Assembly: GCA_049697735.1 (NCBI GenBank)
Contig: JBAVWI010000020.1
Span: forward strand, 7,174-71,173
Reading direction: 5' to 3'
DNA: 64,000 bases
Origin: Solirubrobacteraceae bacterium
Lineage (GTDB): Bacteria; Actinomycetota; Thermoleophilia; Solirubrobacterales; Solirubrobacteraceae
The notes under the pieces are model-generated. The model searched no databases. It saw only the letters and a list, made by a program, of their open reading frames with translations, and was not told the DNA's origin. Positions 58,459 through 64,000 of this stretch are shown piece after piece. The translations under genes and the position numbers were made by a program. The number at the start of each line of letters is the position of its first letter. The first letter of the stretch is position 1.

Positions 58459-59496
58459 GTGTTCGTCGAGACCGACGATTACTTCGCCCACCAGCTCGTG
58501 GAGACCCACGAGCGTGTCCTCCTCAATGATCCGAGCTGGGCGGAGCGCGTGTTCTTCACCGTGTCTCATCCCGACCGCTTCGCCCTCGACGTCGGCCTCT
58601 CCATGTACCCCAACAACGACACCGTCGAGGCCTACGCGGTCGGTCTTCTCCCCGGCGGTCGTCAGTTCTCGATGCGGGCCGCGCGCGACCTGTCCGCCGG
58701 ACGGCGCCTGTTCGCCGGGCCCATCGAGCTCGAAGTGCTCGAGCCGCAGCGCCGCTGGCGGCTGCTCTGCGCCGCCAATCCGAGCGGCATCGAGTTCGAT
58801 TTGGAGTACGTGGCCCGGGCCGCGCCGTACGAGACGAGGATGCCGACCCTGCATCGGCGCGGACGGCTGATGTACGACAACGTGATCGCCTTCCAACCGG
58901 CGCGTTACCACGGTGAGGTGACCCTGGACGGCACGCGGATTGCCATCGATGGGGTCCCCGGCCACCGCGACCGTAGCTGGGGCGTGCGGGCCAGCGGCGA
59001 GGGGCGGATGAGACGAGGACTTGTCACCACGGTGTTCGCCGAGTTCGACGAGTTCTCGATTCTGGCCATGATGTATGAGCGCTTCAACGGCACCCCGGTC
59101 AAGTACGCCGGCGTGGTCAACCACGATGGGGGAGACGGGGTGGCGATCGAGCGCTTTGAACACGACCTGGTCTTCGATCACGATTCCCGGCAGCTGCAAG
59201 AGGCGCGCTTCTCCTTTGGCGACGCCCAGGGACGGACCTGGAAGGTCGAGGCGCAGCCCCGCATGCGCCTTCATCTGGCGGGTGGCGGCTACACCTCCGA
59301 CGAGCACCGGCGCGGTCAGCTCGGAGTCCCCTTCTGGACTGAGCGCTGGAACGTCGACGATCCAACTCAGTTGCGCAAGATCGACCAGCTGAATGACAAC
59401 ATCAGTCACCTGCGCTGCGGAGCTCTGACAGGTCACGGCGTGGTCGAGACCTTGCTCGGCGAGCACGATCGGTATCGCGTTGCTCCCGCTGAATGA
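58459..59496 (+). CDS. conserved hypothetical protein (paralogue of 44613-45656)
   Basis: 345 aa. MFVETDDYFAHQLVETHE... and IDGVPGHRDRSWGVR parallel the other copy. Confidence 0.7.
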   Translation: MFVETDDYFAHQLVETHERVLLNDPSWAERVFFTVSHPDRFALDVGLSMYPNNDTVEAYAVGLLPGGRQFSMRAARDLSAGRRLFAGPIELEVLEPQRRWRLLCAANPSGIEFDLEYVARAAPYETRMPTLHRRGRLMYDNVIAFQPARYHGEVTLDGTRIAIDGVPGHRDRSWGVRASGEGRMRRGLVTTVFAEFDEFSILAMMYERFNGTPVKYAGVVNHDGGDGVAIERFEHDLVFDHDSRQLQEARFSFGDAQGRTWKVEAQPRMRLHLAGGGYTSDEHRRGQLGVPFWTERWNVDDPTQLRKIDQLNDNISHLRCGALTGHGVVETLLGEHDRYRVAPAE

Positions 59497-60433
59497 CGAG
59501 CCCTACCTGGAGATAGCGCTCGGAGCGGCGGCCCGCCGGTTGGGGGTGCCACGCGGGGTGCTGACGGCGCGCGCCCTCAGCCGTGGGGTCACACACGAGA
59601 CGCTGCTCGTCCTCCGGGAATCGGAGCCGGTGGCTGTGTTCCGGCTGGCGCCCCCGCGCCTCGAGATCCTGCCCAGGCATACGCCGAGCGAGGAAGGCGT
59701 CCTACTGCAGCGACTCGGCAAGACGCCACTGCCGGTGCCCGAGGTCCTGATCAGTGATCCAGACGGGCGAGAGCTGGGGCGCCCCGGCCTGCTGCTCAGC
59801 TATGCGCCTGGTGAGAGCACCCTGACCTGGGAAAGCCTTCGCGCGCGCTGCGGCCCGGGCATCGCCGAGCATACGCTCGATCTGCTCTGCCAGATGCACG
59901 CGGTCCCGACCGACGGGTGGCCCGACGCGGCGGCCGCCGACAGCCACGCACAGCGTGATCTCGATGGCGCCCGAGCGCTGGCGGCGCGGGCCGGAGCCTC
60001 GGCGCCGGCCGAGCTCATGTCCGCACTGGCCAGTCTCGAGTTGGCTGCGCCCGCGCCCAGCGGACCGGCCTGCATCGTTCACGGCGACTACCGACCCGCC
60101 AACCTCATGGCCAGAGACGGCCAGATCACCGGCATCCTGGATTGGGAGATGACGACAACCGGAGATCCCGCCTGCGATCTGGGCATCGCGTCCATGCAGC
60201 CATGGGGGACTTGGTGGGAAGACGAGGAGTTGCTGAGCCGGTACGCGGCCGGGAGCGCGACCGAGGTTCCTGTGGTCGCCTTGCTCTGGTGGCGCTGCCT
60301 CGGTTACGCGAAGGTAGTGGCATTTCTGGCCGCCCGCGTCCGCGATGGCTGGGGCGGCGGTCCGGGGCTGCGCAAATGGGTGGACGGCATGGCCGACGAG
60401 CGCTCCGCCTGGCAGCTGGCACTCCGCGGCTGA
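59480..60433 (+). CDS. phosphotransferase (aminoglycoside-phosphotransferase/choline-kinase fold) family protein
   Basis: IVHGDYRPANLMARDGQITGILDWEMTTTGDP (catalytic HxDxxxxN and DWE motifs). Confidence 0.82.
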   Translation: MLPLNDEPYLEIALGAAARRLGVPRGVLTARALSRGVTHETLLVLRESEPVAVFRLAPPRLEILPRHTPSEEGVLLQRLGKTPLPVPEVLISDPDGRELGRPGLLLSYAPGESTLTWESLRARCGPGIAEHTLDLLCQMHAVPTDGWPDAAAADSHAQRDLDGARALAARAGASAPAELMSALASLELAAPAPSGPACIVHGDYRPANLMARDGQITGILDWEMTTTGDPACDLGIASMQPWGTWWEDEELLSRYAAGSATEVPVVALLWWRCLGYAKVVAFLAARVRDGWGGGPGLRKWVDGMADERSAWQLALRG

Positions 60434-60460
60434 CCGGCTCGCGATTCGTCCCGACGTAAA

Positions 60461-60490
60461 GAGGGCCGCCGGCTTGCGCCGACGGCCCTC
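60461..60490. terminator. GC hairpin between convergent genes (candidate bidirectional terminator)
   Basis: GAGGGCCGCCGGC-ttgc-GCCGACGGCCCTC: 13-bp stem with one mismatch, preceded by TAAA. Lies between stop 60433 (+) and stop 60523 (-). Confidence 0.55.
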
Positions 60491-60522
60491 GGTGGGCTGC
60501 TCTGCCTATCGACGCAGGAGTG

Positions 60523-61629
60523 TCAAGGCCCGAACTGGCCCTGCGCCCACTTCGCGGCAAACGGAGCTTCGTTCTTGGCGATCGGGAAGAGGAGGGTTCC
60601 CGGCGGGGGCGCATTCTTGGTTGTCACGACCTCGTAGTGCATCGGCTCGGCGACGAGCGGGTTCGGGTTGATGGCCTTATGTGCGGCCAGCTTGCCGGCC
60701 AGCGTGTCCATCGCGACCAGAGCCGTGTGATCGAAGTTGTCCTCGACCAGTGCCCGCACCCCGGTGGTGTTGTCACGGAGCAGGCTGACATTCTGGGGTC
60801 CGGCGAACCAGCTGTAAAGCTTGACCTTGCCGTTGAGGTGGGCCTGCTTGAGCGCAGTCACGGTCGGTCCGATCATGTAGTCGTAAACCAGCCAGATCGC
60901 CTTGATGTTGGGGTGCTTGGCGATGATGTCAGCGGCTATCTGCTGGGTCCCCTTGATCGGATTGGCCAGGTCTCCGTCAGCTTGGGCGACGATCTTCACG
61001 CCCGTGCCCTTCAATACCGCGTCGCGGGCCTGAGAGCGCTGGATGCCCGAGGACAGCTGGGAGATGTTGATCGCGGCGATGTCGCCGCTCCCGCCGAGAT
61101 CCTTGACCATGTACTGCGTGAGCAGCTTGCTCATCAGCGCCTCGTCCTCAGTGATTGTTGCTGCGTAAAGCGGCGAGGACGGAACCCCTCCGCCGATCAC
61201 GATGGCCGGGATGTTGGCCTGCTTGGCCGCCAGCAGCGCCGGGCGGATCAAATTCGCGTCGGTCGAGCCGACGACGATCCCGCTGATGCCCTGGTTGACC
61301 TCGTTGGTCAGCGTTTGGTTGAGCAGGCTGATGTTGCCCTGGGCGTTGGTGTACTTCAGAGTCCAGCCGAGCTGCTTGGCCGCCCACTGCATGGCCTGCA
61401 CGTTGCGGTTGGTCACCTCGTCGACGGCCGCCGGCTCTCCGTAGGCGATCGTGAAGTGCCCGGAACTGACCTTCTTGCTGGCACTGCTGCTGCTGGCGCC
61501 GCTGGCGCCTGACCCGCTACTGCTCGAGCTGTTGCTGCTGCTTCCACAGGCGCCGACCAAAATGGCGACGACTGCGCACAGGGCAGCAACGACCAACAGC
61601 CGGGTACTGCTGCGAAGGCTGTTTCGCAC
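60523..61629 (-). CDS. ABC transporter substrate-binding lipoprotein, CUT2 (periplasmic-binding-protein type I sugar-binding) family
   Basis: Start set to GTG 61629 behind AAAGGAGAGAGAGG. Signal peptide LLVVAALCAVVAILVGAC is followed by a Ser/Gly-rich linker, then a Peripla_BP-like body (IVVGSTDANLIRPALLAAKQANIPAIVIGGG). Confidence 0.82.
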   Translation of the reverse strand: MRNSLRSSTRLLVVAALCAVVAILVGACGSSSNSSSSSGSGASGASSSSASKKVSSGHFTIAYGEPAAVDEVTNRNVQAMQWAAKQLGWTLKYTNAQGNISLLNQTLTNEVNQGISGIVVGSTDANLIRPALLAAKQANIPAIVIGGGVPSSPLYAATITEDEALMSKLLTQYMVKDLGGSGDIAAINISQLSSGIQRSQARDAVLKGTGVKIVAQADGDLANPIKGTQQIAADIIAKHPNIKAIWLVYDYMIGPTVTALKQAHLNGKVKLYSWFAGPQNVSLLRDNTTGVRALVEDNFDHTALVAMDTLAGKLAAHKAINPNPLVAEPMHYEVVTTKNAPPPGTLLFPIAKNEAPFAAKWAQGQFGP

Positions 61630-61682
61630 CCTCTCTCTCCTTTGTCCCGGGCCCGTTCGGACCAATTCCGAAGTCGACCCAA

Positions 61683-61698
61683 CCAACTCGTCGGTTGG
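61683..61698. promoter_or_regulatory. operator-like site, wide-spaced variant CCAAC-TCGTCG-GTTGG (site 6)
   Basis: In the divergent gap between the SBP gene and hyuA2. The spacer resembles that of the site at 46305. Confidence 0.45.
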
Positions 61699-61730
61699 GA
61701 ACGTACCAGCAGTTGACCGCGATTGCTAGA

Positions 61731-61742
61731 CCAACTGGTTGG
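61731..61742. promoter_or_regulatory. operator-like palindrome CCAACTGGTTGG (site 7)
   Basis: Same gap. Context is AGACCAACTGGTTGGTTGAG. Confidence 0.6.
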
Positions 61743-61786
61743 TTGAGAGTTGCGAAGTCATTGAGGGTAGGCTAATGTCGCACCAG

Positions 61787-61798
61787 CCGACCGGTTGG
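61787..61798. promoter_or_regulatory. operator-like site CCGAC-CG-GTTGG (site 8, one mismatch)
   Basis: Same gap, 56 nt before ATG 61854. Followed by TTGGTG. Confidence 0.5.
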
Positions 61799-61853
61799 TT
61801 GGTGAATTTTGGACGGACGGACAGACGGACTTCGAGGGTTGGAAAGGAGGGCG

Positions 61854-64000
61854 ATGCCCGGATATCGCATTGGTGTCGACATGGGCGGCACCTTCACCGA
61901 CGCGTTCATGCTCAGCGACGACGGCATCGCGTACGTGGCCAAGGTCGACACGCAATCACGCGACCTGCTCGGCACCACGGCCAACAGCCTCACGGCGCTT
62001 GCCGACCAGCTGGACCTGGAGGTCACCGACCTCCTTCCGCAGGTCCGCCAGTTCATGCTCGGCACCACTCTGACCACCAACCTGCTGGTCACCATGAGCG
62101 GCGTCCCGGCCGGGCTGATTACCACCCGAGGTCACCGCGACATCCTCCAGATTGCTGGTGGCGCCCAGGGTAAGATCGCCGGCCTCACTGACGACGACAT
62201 ACGCCACTCTGGCGCCCTTGACAAGCCGGCCCCGCTGGTCTCCAAGGAGCGAATCTTCGAAGTCGACGAGCGCGTGGACTACAAGGGCGACGTCCTGGTC
62301 GCCCTGGCCGAGAGGCAGGTCCGGGACGCTGTCGAGGAGCTTCGCGACGCTGGCGTCCTCGCCCTGGCGGTCGGCTTTTTGTGGTCGTTCAAGAATCCGG
62401 CCCACGAACTGCGGGCGGCCGAGATCGCGGCCGAGGTGGCTCCGGACATCGACATCACCTGCTCGCATCGGCTGGTGTCGCGCCTTGGCGAGTACCTGCG
62501 CTTCTCCTCGGCGGCCATCAACGCATACTGCGCACCGGTGCTGCGGCGCTATCTCGAGGAGCAGACCGCGTGGCTTCGCGAGCGCGGGCTGCGCAGCGAT
62601 CCGCTGATCATGCAGGCCTCCGGCGGGGTGATTCCCGCCGCCGACGCGGCCGATACGTCGCTCTACACGATCGACTCAGGGCCTGTAGCCGGCGTGGTAG
62701 GGGCGGCGGAGCTGGCGGCCAAGGAGGGTGGGCGCAGTGTCATCTGTACCGATATGGGGGGGACGACCTTCGACGTCGGGCTGGTTCACAAGGGCCGTGC
62801 GGTCACCGCCGGGGCCGGCGTGGCGGTTCGCTATCCGTTCTTCGGCCAGATCGTCGACGTGTCTTCGATCGGTAGCGGTGGCGGCTCGATCGCCTGGGTG
62901 GACGAGGTGGCCGGGGTGCTCAAGGTCGGTCCGCAAAGCGCCGGGGCCCATCCGGGTCCGGCCTGTTACGGCCGGGGCGGCACCAACCCGACGGTTACGG
63001 ACGCCAACGTCGTGCTCGGCTACATCAATCCGGCCGCCTTCCTGGGCGGCACGATGGGCCTCGACCAGGATGCCGCCGAGCGCGTCATCGCCGAACGGGT
63101 CGCCCGTCCCCTTGGCATGACCGTGGTGGAAGCCGCCCAGGCGATCTACCGGATCACCAACAGCCACATGGCCGACTTCCTGCGCAAGAAGACGATCGAG
63201 AACGGGTATGACCCGCGGACCTTCGACCTGTTCGCCTACGGCGGCGCGGGACCGGTCCACGCGTCGGCCTTCGCCCGGGAGCTCGGCGTGGCCCACGTGA
63301 TAGTCCCGCTCGGGAACGTCGCCTCGGTCTATTCCGCACTGGGCGTCCTTACCTCCGACATCCGGCATGTCTTCGAGCGAACCGAGCCCGCCTTTGCGCC
63401 TTTTGACGGCCAGAGGCTCGAGGAGGTGTTCGCAGAGCTGACCACCGAGGCAACTGCCCGGCTGCGCGCCGACGGGATGGCTGACCAGGACATCGAGCTG
63501 CGCTACTCGGTGGACATGCGCTACGCCGGTCAGATCTACGACGTAGAGGTCTCCCTCGACGGTCCGGTCGATGACGACGCCGGAGCGACAGCCCTGCTCG
63601 ACATCTTTGACGCTCGCTATGACGAGCTGTTCGGAGTGGGGGCAGGGTTCCGCGAGGCCGGGGTCGAGCTTTTGATGCTGCGGGTGACCGGGATCGGTCA
63701 CATCGAGGCCGTCTCGCTGGACCGGATCGGCACGGCCGGCGGGGGGGAACCCAAGACGGCGGCCAACGGATCCCGACTGGTGACCTGGGACGAGCGCGGT
63801 CCCCAGGACACCGAGACGTACGACGGCGAGGCGCTCGGCGCCGGGGCGGCCATCCAAGGCCCCGCCGTGGTCGAGCTCGCCCACACCAGTGTGGTCCTCC
63901 ATCCTGGTGACCGGGCGCAATGGCGCTCAGGCGGAACGATCGAGATCGAGGTCGGCGGGGCCGACCCCCAACCCAGCCGGCCGCTCGCCGACGCGACGAC
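61854..64000 (+). CDS. second hydantoinase A / oxoprolinase family subunit (3' end beyond window)
   Basis: Own translation from ATG 61854 (GGAAAGGAGG ribosome-binding site): MPGYRIGVDMGGTFTD...TTRGHRDILQ...CTDMGGTTFDVGLV...GPQSAGAHPGPACYGRGG. Open to the window end, so not in the ORF track. The 414-aa minus-strand ORF 62676-63920 is its shadow. Confidence 0.88.
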   Translation, partial: MPGYRIGVDMGGTFTDAFMLSDDGIAYVAKVDTQSRDLLGTTANSLTALADQLDLEVTDLLPQVRQFMLGTTLTTNLLVTMSGVPAGLITTRGHRDILQIAGGAQGKIAGLTDDDIRHSGALDKPAPLVSKERIFEVDERVDYKGDVLVALAERQVRDAVEELRDAGVLALAVGFLWSFKNPAHELRAAEIAAEVAPDIDITCSHRLVSRLGEYLRFSSAAINAYCAPVLRRYLEEQTAWLRERGLRSDPLIMQASGGVIPAADAADTSLYTIDSGPVAGVVGAAELAAKEGGRSVICTDMGGTTFDVGLVHKGRAVTAGAGVAVRYPFFGQIVDVSSIGSGGGSIAWVDEVAGVLKVGPQSAGAHPGPACYGRGGTNPTVTDANVVLGYINPAAFLGGTMGLDQDAAERVIAERVARPLGMTVVEAAQAIYRITNSHMADFLRKKTIENGYDPRTFDLFAYGGAGPVHASAFARELGVAHVIVPLGNVASVYSALGVLTSDIRHVFERTEPAFAPFDGQRLEEVFAELTTEATARLRADGMADQDIELRYSVDMRYAGQIYDVEVSLDGPVDDDAGATALLDIFDARYDELFGVGAGFREAGVELLMLRVTGIGHIEAVSLDRIGTAGGGEPKTAANGSRLVTWDERGPQDTETYDGEALGAGAAIQGPAVVELAHTSVVLHPGDRAQWRSGGTIEIEVGGADPQPSRPLADAT

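Noticed and set aside
61480-61560. Run of GCT/GCC/CTG-type trinucleotide repeats that looks like a microsatellite.
   Set aside because: On the minus strand it encodes the Ser/Gly/Ala-rich linker (SSSNSSSSSGSGASGASSSSAS) that follows the lipobox of the substrate-binding lipoprotein. It is coding low complexity, not a non-coding tandem repeat.
1-64000. CRISPR arrays, rRNA genes, obvious toxin-antitoxin pairs, restriction-modification or other known defence systems, transposase or IS elements.
   Set aside because: I found no regularly spaced short direct repeats, no rRNA-like conserved stretches, no transposase/DDE-like ORFs and no defence-associated domains while reading the ORF set. The only mobility remnant is the integrase fragment at 6259-6860.

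Overview
High-GC, densely coding, Actinomycetota-like chromosomal window; taxonomy is inferred only from composition and gene content (F420-type LLM oxidoreductase, ECF41 sigma factors, leaderless-looking starts). No rRNA genes or CRISPR arrays were seen.

There are three zones.

(1) 1-3.4 kb: the end of a leucine/isovalerate-type catabolic operon on the minus strand (acyl-CoA dehydrogenase, HMG-CoA lyase, start of a biotin carboxylase), with a divergent TetR gene.

(2) 3.4-34 kb: an accessory patchwork.
- An intact tRNA-Ala(TGC) is followed by two tandem, decayed integrative islets. They are bounded by three identical 48-bp copies of the tRNA 3' end, and the first carries a frameshifted integrase remnant.
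- Many small stress/detox genes follow: ArsR-SRPBCC pairs, VOC, GST, RibD_C reductases, an MFS pump, a GT2 synthase and a methyltransferase.
- Three paralogous ECF41-type sigma factors each sit behind a GTCACA-N16-CGTC promoter.
- There is also a rifampicin-phosphotransferase-like PEP-synthase homologue.

(3) 34-64 kb: the most interesting part, a ~27-kb catabolic supercluster. Every promoter gap in it carries a CCAAC-N2(or N6)-GTTGG palindrome (8 sites). It encodes:
- a hydantoinase/acetone-carboxylase-type A/B pair, whose B subunit has a C-terminal four-Cys extension;
- a free-standing PEP-utilizer swivel (phosphohistidine) domain, translationally linked to that pair;
- a divergent PPDK-like protein whose C-terminal substrate barrel is truncated and degenerate;
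- an ADP-forming acyl-CoA synthetase;
- three CoA-transferase-like A/B pairs that lack the canonical SENG glutamate motif (IpdAB-like);
- VOC, FAD and F420-type oxidoreductases;
- two paralogous unknown proteins and an orphan 378-aa protein;
- a CUT2-type ABC importer and a kinase-fold protein;
- the start of a second hydantoinase locus, cut by the window end.

All functional calls come from reading the translated ORFs against remembered family signatures. No database search was possible.
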